Shown piece after piece: positions 1 through 13,224 of a stretch of DNA of 62,577 nucleotides. Position 1 is the first letter of the stretch, and each line of letters opens with the position of its first letter. Location of the stretch: assembly GCA_001655205.1 (NCBI GenBank), contig LPNZ01006074.1, positions 1 to 62,577 of the forward strand, given 5' to 3'. Under the pieces are notes generated by a model. It had not been told where the DNA came from and searched no databases. It worked only from the letters and a program-made list of their open reading frames with translations. Origin of the DNA: Lenisia limosa. Taxonomy: Eukaryota > Protista > Breviatea. Made by a program: the position numbers and the translations under genes.

Positions 1-52
1 GAGGTAAAAAATGAGCTAATCGGAGGGTACCGCTTGTGAGCCTAATAACTTA

Positions 53-3000
53 GGTTTAACGGAAAACAACCCAATGAGAGGATTCGTGAGATATGGTAAG
101 GTTTCTGACCTTTTTACGCTCTTTTTTTTTGTTGTTGTTGGATACTGTGATGAATCCTCTTTTTTTTTTTTACTATTGTTGGTGAGGAATTGACGTTGTA
201 GCCGGGGACTCGTCAAGCACTTTCCCTCACTCAATGGAGTACTCCTATTTTGCCATGAAAGGTAAGTCCCCCCGAAGTACAAAAGGTCATTTCATTTTGT
301 AGACCTTATGACGGGTGAAAACGTATTTGACAATGCACCCATTGAAGCTGCTCTTGAGGCTGTAAGTTGTCTGTCCTTCTCTTTTAGGATTCATAATGCT
401 ATTGCCACCTTCAATCTATCGTGGAATTTTTCAAGTTATATTCAGATATTTTCACCTTTCTACTTCCTTTATCAAATCAAAGGTACCACCATTCTGATAC
501 TGACCGCACCAGGCTAAAGAAAGAGGAAATCAGTTCATCTTCCGCGTCTATGTCGACTATCCGGACTGCTGTCCTGATGGGACTTATAACACTGGTCGGA
601 GGGTTACGTTATTGTTGATATTTTCAGGCAAGTGAAAATTTTGTGTTGTTGTTTTTTTCTTCTTTAGAATTTGTTCAAATTGCTTAAAGTTTTTAATATT
701 GTATTCACACTCCTAAGGTGTTCCCGATTTCCTTCAAACAGGTGATAATTCGGTGACCTTTACAGCCTATTCAAATCATGGAGGCGGCCAGTCGTAGGCT
801 TACCATACTTCTTTTTTTCATATCTGGACTACTAACATGTCACATCAATTTTGTTTTATTCCTATAAACAACTTAGGCCAGACTACTCAAATGAGAGACT
901 TATTACAGCAATGGAGGTTAGATTGCTGATAGCATAGTTTGTAACAACTTAAAAGCAAGATTTCATCAATTCAATGAGAGTTATTAGTTATAAAGTTCAT
1001 TTTGTAATACAATGTTGCTTTCTGCATTTGACCAAACAGCGCCTTGTTGCACACCTCGGATCCCACTACGACGGGGACAGGCGAATTGCCTTTATTAAAT
1101 TGGGACTTCTTGGTTTCTGGGGGGAGTGGTGAGAGGGTCTGTGAACACAGTCGGGCAAGTTCATCAATGTTTTGAATTGAACTTGTTATGAAGCATTTAA
1201 TGACTCTTTAGGCATTGCTACCCCAAAGACAACTTGATGGCATCAACCGTGAGGGGTGTAATGTTACGTGTTAATATTGAACAAAATCCACGAGATATTA
1301 TGACAACCCTGACATAATATAACATCCAACTAAACTCTCTTCTTTTAGTCTGTCATGAACCGGATTCTGGCGGCCTATGACAATGCCTTCAAAACAACCC
1401 GCTTGATGGTTTCAGCGGACCAGCTGCAGTACTGGGATGTATGCTGGGTAATAAGGTGACTAATGTTTCTTCTTTTGCTCCAGTAATATTATTATACACT
1501 TGCTTTTTTGAATATTTATTTGTGCAGTCAGACAGCGTGTCTCCTATTTTGCAAACTTCAATCGGATGGCACGATGACAATTTTGCCGAGGTAATGCAGT
1601 TTTACTTTCCTTGGCATTCAAGTTTTCTAAAAGACGTAGGCCACCTACGATCCCTCCAACCAACTTGACTGGTACTTTTACCCCCGGCTTACCGCCAGAA
1701 GTGCTGAAAATCAATGGAAGCACAACGTTATTGGTGGAGAGGTGGGGCTGTTGGGCGTATTGCGTGTTGTCATTTGTCTCATTTTTGGTTGTGCTATCTT
1801 ACAAGCACAATGTTTGACTTGAATCTATTAATTTTATTGAGGCATTTTGCTAGACGTATCGGTAATAAAATCAGGTTCAACCAGGTATCCAAGACACGGT
1901 TTTTCAGGATCCCTCCCCAAACCAAGATTTCACTGCGTGTACAGAGGTTAGCATATTGTTTAACAAGAGAGGCCTGTGTCACCTTTGTTCAACGTTGTCT
2001 GTCTTTACGATTGATCAGAATACCCATGTCTCATGGCTGCTTGATGAGAACCTCTTTACGACGGGTCCAGATGTCAAAACGCTCAGGGCGGAACAAAAAG
2101 CCCTTAAAATGGGCTATAGGTAAGGCCCTGGCTTTATCAGGTTTTGTAGCTAACTCTTAATTATTTGTTCTTTTGACAAATACCAGGTTCCACATTTACT
2201 CAGTTGTTTATGCAGAACCTTCTACGTGTCCAGAGGTTTGCGTTAGTGAACTTATTTTGATTTTTATGGTACAGCTATCCATCTTTGTTACTAGAGTTAT
2301 AAAAAANNNNNNNNNNTACGTTCCTTTCAAGTTGAATGTCTACCGTATGTTACATGAGATTAAAGGTTTCGGCTATTTACAACCTTACCTTACTTGCTCC
2401 CATTTACTTAAAAATATCAATATTTTTATATAGTATGAGATAAGATATCATAGTATTAGTACTAGTACTATTTATGCTGTTGTGTTCTCTCATAAAAATT
2501 TGCAGAGGAAGTCAAAACTGCACACAGCCCACCTTAGTAATATTCCCAACATACTTTAGACCTTGTTGTGTGAATTGGCCTCTCATTGTACCTAGATGGA
2601 GGAGTTGCCGTTGAGTTTGCTGACCTCAAAGGCTTTTTGCCTGATACTTGGTGAGCTGCCCACTTAATGCAATCAGTTGATCCTTCCCAACAAAAGAATA
2701 GCATTTCCCATCTATTTCACCATGGTAGTGAAACGTATACTAAAGTGATGAGCTTCGATGCTGCTGAAGAGGGAAAGTTGGAAATCCTAATAGAATCAGA
2801 GTACACCATTGGAAATGTAAGTGGTGTTCCCAGAGGCTGTTGGGCTGTTGTTCATCTCTGTAATATTTATATATTATATCATATAGCTATGAGAAATAAA
2901 AAAATAAGGTAGTATCTGGCCNNNNNNNNNNNNNNNNNNNNNNNNNNNNNNNNNNNNNNNNNNNNNNNNNNNNNNNNNNNNNNNNNNNNNNNNNNNNNNN

Positions 3001-3149
3001 NNNNNNNNNNNNNNNNNNNNNNNNNNNNNNNNNNNNNNGACCATCCCATTGACATTCAGATCAAATTTGGTACAAAGCAAGTGAGTTCCTCGGGAGCTCT
3101 TGTTGTCGGAATTGAAGATGTCTGCAAGGTGTCTCAGGCCGCAGGTTTG
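53..3149 (+). CDS. DUF4832-like (bacterial-type glycoside hydrolase-like) protein, multi-exon, 5'-partial; 3' end uncertain
   Basis: Manually spliced exons give FPHSMEYSYFAMKDLMTGENVFDNAPIEAALEA|AKERGNQFIFRVYVDYPD (about 200-590), LGSHYDGDRRIAFIKLGLLGFWGEW (about 1030-1127), RILAAYDNAFKTTRL, IGWHDDNFAE (1561-1590) and ALKMGYR|FHIY. From recall these match the PHSME / FRVYxDYP / YDGDPRI..G..GxWGEW / GxHDDxF / MGYRF motif series of DUF4832-associated proteins. Not database-checked. Confidence 0.7.
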
Positions 3150-3179
3150 ATGGTTGATACCTTCGTGGCTCTTTATACT

Positions 3180-5968
3180 TTATTTTCGCCTCTCTTTGTC
3201 ACATTTAATTCTATTCAGCTGGCTCAGCAGCATCATTACTTGGTAGGGTAGGAGTATAATGGTCTCCGTTTTGTTTGGTTCATTCTTTAGTTGCTTCTGC
3301 GCTCTCTCTTCTGGCCCTATTCCTTCTGGTTTAGTGTGAATTTGTATATAATTCTTCCGTTTGTTTTTTTTTTTGTTTTTGTAAGAGCCAAAACACTCAA
3401 AAAAAAAAAGAGAAATGGATTGGAATATCATTGAGTTCAAGCAGAAGCAATGAAGATTTGTCAAAGCCTTGGTGCGNNNNNNNNNNNNNNNNNNNNNNNN
3501 NNNNNNNNNNNNNNNNNNNNNNNNNNNNNNNNNNNNNNNNNNNNNNNNNNNNNNNNNNNNNNNNNNNNNNNNNNNNNNNNNNNNNNNNNTTCAACAGCCT
3601 CAGTGTCTCTTCTCATCGGGCCTGGTGCGGGTTCAAGAGTCTCGGTTGGCTACAATGTCGTTATATTGGGGTTTCGGATAATCAGCTTCAATTAATTACT
3701 TGGGGTACAGAATGACATACCTCGACAAGCTCTACTCCGTTAATTTGGACATCAGTGAGGGAAGGGAGGGATGGGAGATGTACGGCTTCGCTCTCGGCCA
3801 TTGGGGGCAAGGATTCCAGCCCGGTAATGGGTTCAGGCATGTGCGGCTCCATAAGTTGAATGCTCTGGGGGGGGGGGGGGNNNNNNNNNNNNNNNNNNNN
3901 NNNNNNNNNNNNNNNNNNNNNNNNNNNNNNNNNNNNNNNNNNNNNNNNNNNNNNNNNNNNNNNNNNNNNNNNNNNNNNNNNNNNNNNNNNNNNNNNNNNN
4001 NNNNNNNNNNNNNNNNNNNNNNNNNNCTGTTGGCTGACAACACACGAGGGTTGAGAACAACAAAACAAATAAAACCCAGGCCAAGGTAAAATGAAGGAAG
4101 TATCGATGAAGAATGCCGTACCGAAACTCCAAACAAATAAAAAAAAAACAAGCAATAACAAACATGCATGTTTGAACTAGACAAACCAGATGCAGAGAGA
4201 GTCCTGTAACTTAATCACCCAAACATGAGCCAAAGACAAACAAACAAAAACAAATATATATATATCATATAATATTTTTCACATGACATCCCATCGGGCC
4301 CTATCTCAACATAGGAGCACCACAGCAACATGTGAGCAAATAGGAAATGCAAAAACAAAAATGGTAAAGGGACCTCTCACTTGATTAACTTCTTCCATTT
4401 CAGGGTTTTGAGCGAAAGTAGTTGGGAGGGGAGGCAGGTTGATGGTGGCTGCAAAACGTGAGAATCATGAAAAGGAACAAAGGAATAGGGTATTTAATGA
4501 GGGGGGGTATTTTTATATCACAAATGTTATAGCGCCTCTTGGTAACCAATCTCACGTTCTTGGCCAGGGGGGATTGAAGGCATCACATTTGCAGGCTTCT
4601 AAAATGGTCAGAAATGTACAATGAAGTATGTGAAAAACAAACAATATATGGCGAATTATTTTAGTACTTGGATCTTATCTGGTGCTGGATTTGAAGTTTT
4701 AGACTGTCTTCTGGTAAAACATGACTTCATTCAATTACGCATTGAGATGCCCCACCACCCTCACAGTTTGGGTACAATCAGTGATATTATTCACTTCCGG
4801 TACCTGAAGATCCGCAAAAATGTCGGCAGGGAGACCTATGGGTGGAGGATTAAACCAAATTAAACAGGATATCTTTAATCTTGGATAATCAATCGGACCC
4901 AAACATAGTGGGTAACAAACCTTCAAGAGGGGGGAGGGACGATGTGATGTTAGGGTCCAGGTAGTGGTACTCCATGAAGCGCTACAATGTATGAAATAAC
5001 ATAAGCACATAGTTGAGCAAGTATCGAGTCGAAAACATATGTACTAGTTTGGGTCACCGTAGCATTTTGAACTTGCCAACACGAACCTTGCCTTGGAGTG
5101 CCTGAACTGCTTCCCTGTCACTAACGCATTGGTCAACCACTCTGCGAAATTCACACTCGGGGTGAAGAACATGGAGGAGCATTCGCTGCAAGATCAGCGA
5201 CCGATCCAAATCCTTTGGCACACTCTCATTTCACTATTAAATATTCCCTGCACTATACCCGACAAACCTTGAGACTAACTTTGCGGTATGCAGCCTAAAA
5301 GAGTAAAGCAAAGCAAGCATGCAGGTATGACATCAAAAAGGGAAACCACCTCACCTTGTCTTCACTGTGCCTTTTTGCCTGGAGGGCGTTTTTGATATCC
5401 TTCAACTCTTCATGGGTGGAGTTGAGGCCTCCACATACCTCTTCCACAAAACTCATGGTGGGATTTCCACGAGAGAGACGCCCTTAATTTGTTAATTTGT
5501 TGAAACAGAAGCTTGTGGTTTTTCTTGTCAGTTAACGTAAAGGTGTTCCCAGAAAGAGTTAGATTTATGGATGGAGTCTGTAAGGAAACCATTTCAAAGG
5601 CTACATTCTAAGACCTACCGCAGGCATAAGCTTCACGGAAGAAAGGAAACAGATAGTCGACAAAAACGTTGAACGGGTAACTAAAAGATGAGTGATTTGG
5701 TTAAAACAAGCACCTCCACCAACTCTTTAATTGCCTTGTTTGTTTTAGAAGAAAGTCTGCCATTGGTCATGACAAGATCACTTGACAACTCCATCATCTC
5801 AGCAGTAACAATGGGAACCGGAGCAGCATTAATATTCATCAAATGGTCTCTTTCCGGGGTAAGAGTAGGGAACTGAGTACGTGGAGGTGGTGGCACAATA
5901 CTGTACACTGACACATTTTCTCCTCCGGCAGAAGGAGTCATTGGGGGAGGGTTGGTCGCCGCTTGCAT
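3180..5968 (-). CDS. Hypothetical multi-exon protein, Pro-rich N-terminus
   Basis: ORF 5681-5968 (MQAATNPPPMTP...). Further GT-AG-bounded open exons at about 5355-5480, 5090-5215, 4735-4860, 3720-3864 (SIQLMEPHMPEP...ELVE), 3590-3655 and 3180-3325. No recognisable domain. Confidence 0.5.
4027..4086 (-). repeat. Intronic repeat family 1, copy E (intron of the 3180-5968 gene)
   Basis: ctgttggctgacaacacacgagggttgagaacaacaaaacaaataaaacccaggcc matches copies A, B and D. The intron's acceptor at 3865 lies beyond the N-gap and poly-G run. Confidence 0.7.
4086..4225 (-). repeat. Intronic copy of the Penelope-like element 3' flank
   Basis: Collinear blocks shared with 16794-16986: gtaaaatgaaggaagtatcgatgaagaat (25/29), gaaactccaaacaaa (15/15), aact.gacaaa..ccagatg, agagtcc and atcacccaaac. 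Confidence 0.75.
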
Positions 5969-6371
5969 TTTGAGATCCTTGAGAAAAATGATAAAAGGTC
6001 TTAGTTTGCACTTTATATTGTATCTATGATAGAGAAATAAGGTATTTTGGGGTATTTAGTACATACAACAGCTTACTTCAAAAACTATTATAGATAGTGC
6101 CGTCTTAGTGGAAACTGCCCTCTTACTATACTCACACACCAGTCACACCCTCACACTTACTTACTATTACTTTGCTTTTCTCTCTTTTCCTTTTCTGAAA
6201 AAAAAATTTCAAAAAAAAAATCATAGGGCTGCATTTGTTTGCTTTTCAGTCTGCTGCGAGGGGTAGGAGGGGCCCAGAGAAATGCCCTGATTTAGCGCTT
6301 AATGATTACAAGTGGTGTTTGGTATGTCATTGCAATCGTATAAATAAGCAGACCACACACGGTTCCAAACA

Positions 6372-7850
6372 ATGCTGCAAACTGAGAATTTTCCGACCTC
6401 TAGCTCAGTGTTAATCCGCAATCCTCCCACTGACACGTTTGATGGACCCCCTTCGATTAACATCCCGGCTGTAGCCCGACTGCCTTCAGTTACAAGTTTG
6501 TTGATTTCTACTGTATTCCCTTATCTGCTTAGCCTTCGCTGAACTTGATCAGCTTGGACCTGTTCATGCAATTCCCGTTGCCCCTGCATCAGGTAGGAAC
6601 ATTCCCGCGCCACTCACCACCAGACCCGTCTTTCCATTCAACTGGTGTTCTTCCAGTCCACGTAATTGCAACAACCCCCTTGCAAGACTCTTTCTCAAAG
6701 TAGATTTTTAACATGTATGATCTTATCCCGCAGCCAGCCCCCTGACATTGCATCACTGTCATTCCCTGCACCGCCTCCAAAGAAGTCCAAGAGTGTTGGT
6801 TCAAAGAATGGAGGCATTGGTAGGAACATGTTAGTTGCGGTTGACTTTTAAGGCTGGACGTCACTTCAAGTCAACCAAAGAGACCGCTTATGTCGAAAGC
6901 AGGCGCTGGGCTATCTTCAAGAGTACCACACTTTCCGCTACCAAATAGAGGTGGGAGTAAAACGAAGGAANNNNNNNNNNNNNNNNNNNNNNNNNNNNNN
7001 NNNNNNNNNNNNNNNNNNNNNNNNNNNNNNNNNNNNNNNNGCATTTTGAGTCTGGAAAAAGTTTTTTTTGGAAATACAAAAGTAAAGTCATGGAGGGGAA
7101 TTCAAAGCCTGACGTTTTAGGCGTATGAGAGGGCGGTCGCCGAATCAAAGGAAACTCGCGTGCAGATCACCGCTGTCAAACCTCTTCCTCCTTCAAAAGT
7201 TGGTGGTGCCATCAGACCATATTTCACGACTTCTTTCTCATTCAGTCTTTTATAAATAATTACCCCCCCCCCCCGCGTTGTTTATCCCTTCTGATTGCTC
7301 AGACAAAGTGGCGAAACTGCGGAGGCGGAATCCGAATGCCTTATAAAACATTCGAGAAGGCAATTCAACGAATACAAAATGTAGGGAGAGTTTCTTGTAC
7401 ATCTTAACGTTTTTAGGATGGAGGTGAAACCGTTGTTTGTGGGAGACGATGTGGGCGTCCGATAAAGGGACCATTTATGGATAATAGAGTATGTTTGGGT
7501 AAATTTACTCAAATGAAATAGTATCCTGAGTTTTGCTCTTCGCTTATTAACACTTCTAGTTGTCCCCGCCAATAATCAACGAGAACAAATGGTTTGCTTC
7601 CTTGTAACGAGTTTAAAATTCATGCACAACATTTATTTCGCCAAGTTTACCTTTCAGGCTGCTTGACAGTGGACATTACCATATGGAGAACGTCCTTCGA
7701 AGTAGGCAGTTGGTTTCATAAATGGTTACCTAAGTGACCACCTCCTAGTTTTGTCAAGGATAGCAGGGACTACAATCATTACACGTTTCAGGTGAAATGG
7801 GCTTGCCACACCAAGCAGACCACTTTGAGCCAATGGATCACAACTTGGTA
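6372..7850 (+). CDS. Hypothetical multi-exon protein
   Basis: ATG at 6372 (MLQTENFPTSSSVLIRNPP...). In-phase exons read TFAELDQLGPVH, SQPPDIASLSFPAPPPKKSK, AYERAVAESKETRVQ, TKWRNCGGGIRMPYKTF, DGGETVVCGRRCGRPIKGPF and LLDSGHYHMENVLRS. The 3' end is approximate and no family was recognised. Confidence 0.5.
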
Positions 7851-8411
7851 GGCTATGGTGTGAGCACGAGAGTAGAAGACGTGTTTGATTGTGGCGATGA
7901 GCACTAGAGTGGAAGATGTATTTGTTGGTCACTTTTTTGTGCCTTTGCTCAAGTCATTTGGTTTTTACTCCATTTAGATTTCGTCATATCCCATAGAGCC
8001 TCCAGAATCAGCGACAAGCTTCTAAGAGGGATAGGGGGGGAGAGGGGTTCTAATATAATAATATGTTTTGGGTGTAGTTTTTGTTTTCTTTCTTCCAAAT
8101 TTTGTTGTAGTATTTGCTTTAAAAGCATAGAATGTAGTTTTCTAGTACCAAATACTGTACATTAAATAAACCACAAAGCTATTAGCACACACAACATTTT
8201 ACTTGGGGAGTTCCTTAATCGATGTCTAAAGAAATAATAAGAGGCAATAGAGAAAACAACGTTGATGGTTAAACTTATGTAGTTTTTATTGGGGGGGGGG
8301 GGGGNNNNNNNNNNNNNNNNNNNNNNNNNNNNNNNNNNNNNNNNNNNNNNNNNNNNNNNNNNNNNNNNNNNNNNNNNNNNNNNNNNNNNNGAAAAGCAGG
8401 AGAGAAACAGA

Positions 8412-10952
8412 CTATTCTGGAGCAAGCTGTGCAATCATCTCATTTTGGGGGTACTCCAAGATTCCAAGTTCATCATACCCCCCACTCCTGTGAGACTGGT
8501 GGCGTTGAGCGCTGCCGTTGCACCCTGGTTCCCCAACATCTGGGAAGACGTGGAGGGTCGAGAAAATGAAGTCTCTCGGAACAATCTTGGGGGTTATGGC
8601 AAAGCTGATAAAATTCCTCCATAGCCATTTACAAAAAAATAAATAATTGGGCTCTAAACCTTGGAGCAGATTGACTTGAAAAAGTAGTCCCTGCAAGCGG
8701 CACGGTCGAATCGGTTACAATCATTTCGGGAAGAACTGACGTTCGGCAGGCTGATTGTTTAAGTATACGTGAGATGAGAGAAATAGGTACTACCTGGCCG
8801 AAGCTGTACACAGCATCACGCTTTTAGGAGATATTAGAGTATAGTATCATATTTGTAATTCACCCAATCATTTGCCTTACACCTCTGTACACACAGTTTC
8901 TGCGTGCCTCCCCAGTATAAAACCAGATACCTCACAAAAAGCTCACCCAAACCCACTGAAAAGGGCCTGAGAAGGACCCGAGTTGTGAAATCCCCCAAGC
9001 CACGGTCGATGCCTGAAATTGGCCGCAATTTCATGACCACTATCTGCTGCCTGTGTAGAGTGAAAATGGCTATTTACTAGCTCCTACTTTGAGAGTATAA
9101 ATATCAATATGATCTCAACCCTGACCTTGTTCATCCACACAAGCGCTTGATTTCCATCATAAGGAACTCCTCGCCCCTCTTCGCAAAGCTGTGCTGCGAC
9201 AAATTGCGCTTCCGAGTGACTAGATGGTGAAAACAATTGCTCCTAAGAGAAAAGCAATGTGCCAGCAGTTACAATTAAATCCTGGTAGTTGCCACTGAAA
9301 CATTTGTCATTACTCACCCTCGTTTAGCCGCCTTGATGATCCAATCCGCGCCTTCATCAACGTTCACTTCCGAACCAAAAGCCCCCTCTAAAAGGATACA
9401 ACCGTACGTATACTCTGCTGCTCCTGGGGTGTTAATTTCTGGTGGTAGTATTACTGTGATCTTAATTGATTCAGCATCAAGTGTTGTCACCCCACAAACT
9501 GTATCCCAAATCAGCCGATTTTGCTATGAGTGACAGGCCTTCTGAATTGGACTGATTTGTTCCTTCGCCCCTCAAAGTAACAATTGCCTGGAGCGTCAGA
9601 CAAATGGATTCTTGGCTCAGAAATCCTGTATTTCCAAAAATAAGACCGCTCTCGTAAAAATAAGGTAAAATATGTAAAATATTAGCGTTCTCTCATTAAA
9701 ACCAACCAATTCATAAAGACTCGGGGGGTAATCTTGTCTCGCAGCCTGTTTGAAGTTGTAAGCAGCACTAAAAAGATCCGGCTCATCGCCCTGTCCTCTG
9801 CGCATCATTTCAGCAAGATGGTGATGGCTTGGTGGATACTGCAATATCAGTACAGGCGAAACTACACTGGCATTCAAAATGCTAACAAAGAAAAAGATAA
9901 GCCTTTGTGTATTGTGTGTTGGTTAAAAATGTTAGTTCTAACGTGACTTCAGATCCAAGTCAACAGTTAGGACTAATGACAAGAAATCTCATAAAACAAC
10001 CCCTCACATTCATGTCAATTGCCATACACAGTAATTCGCGGGCCTTTGAATAACTACAAACGTAAAAAGAAGAATGTTAGGATGTTAAATGGCGTAACCG
10101 TGAGACTCTCCCCCTTCCCCCCTTCAAACTCTTTTGGTACTGCATATCCGTTGATGTATAACAGGGCCATATGGTCAATGGCTTCAGGTATGGGTTCTTC
10201 CCTTTGCGGGTTTGTTGCAGGCTCCAGCCACTGAAGTGCGCTGGCGTACTTCTTCCTGTCACTGTCAAAAGGAAAGGCTTTTATTTTAGAGGAGCTGTCT
10301 CACTTTTGATAAAATCTAACACCAAGCATGCACTGTGCTACGGGGTATTGTTCTTCAGCCGCTCTCTGGAGCCACTTTTGTCCTTCAGGGGGATTGCGCG
10401 GGCCTCCAATACCCTTGGTGTTCAGAAGCAAATCATATTACTTAAGGAGAAAAGGACATATCTTTGATAAATTCAACCCACCTTGAAGCACTCCTGGGCA
10501 TACGCAACCATGCCTTCCGGTACTCCACTTTCAGCTGCAATCTTGTGCCAGTGTCTGGTTGCAAGTAAAATGGAAACCTTGTTATCTTGGGATCACTGAG
10601 AGAGCCATATTCCCAATCCTAGTATAAAGCTTGGCCCACCTTCCAGTTTTTGGGTTCCTCTTTATTGAACTTTCTAAGGATGTGAAATTAGCGAGAAGAA
10701 ATTAAACATATCAGGGTTCATATTCTCCCATTCCCTAGCAAACCATCGGGGAATGTAAAACCTTCGAAGCAGTACCTAAGAAATGATTAGATTATCTCCA
10801 AAATGTCTAAATTAGCCCAAGAAGGCAACAGAAGAGCCCTCATACTTTGCCATTGACATCAAACCTGACGCTTCCCCCCTTTCCGCTGAGCGCTGAAGCT
10901 CATCCTGCCCTTTATATGGTTTCCTTGGCTCAATTGGTTGTCTTCGAGGCAT
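8412..10952 (-). CDS. Sel1-like repeat (SLR) protein with a Cys/His-rich C-terminal region
   Basis: Several Sel1-type repeats: WHKIAAESGVPEGMVAYAQECF, HHLAEMMRRGQGDEPDLFSAAYNFKQAARQDYPPSLYEL, AEYTYGCILLEGAFGSEVNVDEGADWIIKAA, EAQFVAAQLCEEGRGVPYDGNQALVWMNK|AADSGH. Putative ATG at 10952; 3' end approximate. Confidence 0.75.
8794..8915 (-). repeat. Intronic repeat family 2, copy 1 (Sel1 gene intron)
   Basis: On the minus strand: ctggggaggcacgcagaaactgtgtgtacag...aggcaaatgattgggtgaatta...aagcgtgatgctgtgtacagcttcggccag. Confidence 0.8.
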
Positions 10953-11226
10953 TGTGACTGCGTATTCTATTTCCCCTGCATCTCAATGATATGATCTATT
11001 GCTTCGAGTCCACTTCGTATAGTACTTGGTGCGGTGTGGAATCCTTAACGCTTGGGCTTGGCTGGGCAGGNNNNNNNNNNNNNNNNNNNNNNNNNNNNNN
11101 NNNNNNNNNNNNNNNNNNNNNNNNNNNNNNNNNNNNNNNNNNNNNNNNNNNNNNNNNNNNNNNNNNNNNNNNNNNNNNNNNNNNNNNNNNNNNNNNNNNA
11201 TTAGACAATGCGGATATGGACAAGGC

Positions 11227-13224
11227 TTAGAGGTGACGGGGCTTCTTGCAGGCGGGGGTGTCATCACCCTGGTCGGTGGTGTTGCGCTTGGTGTCGACAA
11301 TAACCTGAGTTGGTCACCAACAGACAACAGAGATCCGATCTTAAAATGGAGCCTCAAGGTAATAGCTTGGAGGTAAAGAACAAACCTGGGGCTTGTAGTC
11401 GAGATGGTTGTAGTTAGTGAGGAGCTCCTGGTACATGTTGTAGCGAGAAGTCATGCGGAAAGTCCAGTTGTCCTTAACCTGGTTGCAGAGGTTGAGGTCC
11501 ATCTCGGTGACAAGGACGCCGTCACGGGTGCGAGAAAGTCCCTGGGTGGTTGGAAATATGAAGAAATATCAGGAAACAGAAAATGAAATCAAACACATAC
11601 AGGAGTACGGTTGCCGGAGGGTGAAGCGGCGTAAGAGGAGCCGTAGAAGTGGCCGAAGTGGCTCTGGGCCTTGGCGCCGGATCCGTCGGTGAACTCGGTG
11701 GGGAAGTGCTCGGTGCCGACACGGTTGATGGCTGCGGGGTGAGAAACATTGGGTTGCCAAAAGCAAAGATCGAATGTTGTGCGTGCCGTACCGAAGGAGA
11801 AATAGGAGTTGGCAATAGCAGCGTTGCGGGCTTCAATAGGCCAGAGGGGCTCGGAGAGAGAACCGACAGTGGCACTGAAACAGTAAAAACAACGCCATTG
11901 AAGAGGTTTATGGAGCAAGGTGAACACACAAGACCACACAACTCTAGGAAACACTGGCTTACGAGGGGTTGAAGACCATCTCGGCGCCGTTGAGCTTGAT
12001 GGTGAAAAAGGGAGAGCGAGGGAGAGAGAGAGGGGAAAAAAAGAAAAACGAACATGAATAAAATACTACGAGAATCCCCCCTACGCCGAAGCCCATCCAG
12101 TTGAGGGGGTGATGGCGGCCGTAGCAGATGTTGATGCCGATTTTGCCGAAGTCGGTGTCGAAAACGGGGTGGCCGGTGTTGCCCTCAAGGTAGTAGTTGG
12201 ACTCGCAGAAGAGACCGACACTACTGGGTCAGAGCAATCCCCAACGAGTACAACCACATGGAGAAATCACCAACCGGGGGATGTGGTTCTTGCGGTGCTT
12301 GCCGATGTAGTTACCCTTGTTGCCAATGACGACTATATCAAGTTAATCTAACCAATAACTACTCTGACTTGATAAACCAATCAAGAACCCACCAGCAGTG
12401 TTCCAGAGGGTCTCGCCGTGCTCGGAGTCACGCTCAAGGATGGAAGAGATGATGACCATGTTGTACTTCTTGGCGAGCTACAAGGGTCATTTCCTATCGC
12501 ACACAAAGCTATGTTACTTGCACTTGGCCCAAAATGTTTTGAAATGTCATTACTTGAAGATTGAAAAACATACCTTAGCAAGGTGGAGGGTGGTGGGGCC
12601 GTTGACGGCATCCTCCGCGAACTGGGTCCAGGGGTGCTTCTCACGAGTGCAGAAAGCAAAAGGCATCGCTACGGACAATAAGAGCAAGAAAAAGAAAATA
12701 AATCTTCTCAGAATGATGACGTTGAAAGAAAAGTGGTCCCTCCCTGCTCACTCCAGGCCTCTTGGAGACAGCAGACGTTGGTACCGCACTTGGCAGCAGC
12801 AACAATCATCTCAGAAACACGATCGCGGATGGCCTCATACTGTTCCTTGAGGGGAGCGGTGGTGGGCTTGACAATAGCGTTCTGGATAACAGCAACACGA
12901 ACAATGCGAGCAGCGTTGAGCTCCTCAGCTGAAGAAAGGTAAGAGATCCAGAAAAAAAATCTACTCACGCTTGGCATCGAACTTGTGCATCTTAACCTCG
13001 AAATCCTTCTCATCAGCCATGGCCTTGACGTCGGCGGGAACTAACATCAATCAAAAACAAATTATATATTTCCCTACCCTCAAGAGTTCCGCAAGGGGGG
13101 CCGTACATCCATTGGCGGACCTTGGCAGCTTCGTCCTCGGGAAGCTTGTTGAGGTAGTTATCTGAAGATGAATTCCGTATATTAAATCCTGAAACATACC
13201 GACGTTATCAAACTCTTCGGCCAT
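11227..13224 (-). CDS. UPB1: Beta-ureidopropionase (beta-alanine synthase; nitrilase superfamily)
   Basis: MAEEFDNV..., [120 protein letters not shown] and [35 protein letters not shown]. Stop TAA at 11227-11229. Confidence 0.92.

Noticed and set aside
3180-3251. Possible overlap of the 3' coding ends of the DUF4832-like gene (+) and the hypothetical gene (-)
   Set aside because: A strong donor at 3081 (CAA|gtgagt) allows an earlier stop at about 3149, and nearby gaps prevent a firm model for either gene.
8794-8915. Family 2 as a SECIS element, U5 snRNA or box C/D snoRNA
   Set aside because: The ATGA-to-AA spacing is too short and the location is intronic, so not SECIS. There is no invariant GCCTTTTAC loop for U5, and no terminal CTGA D box.
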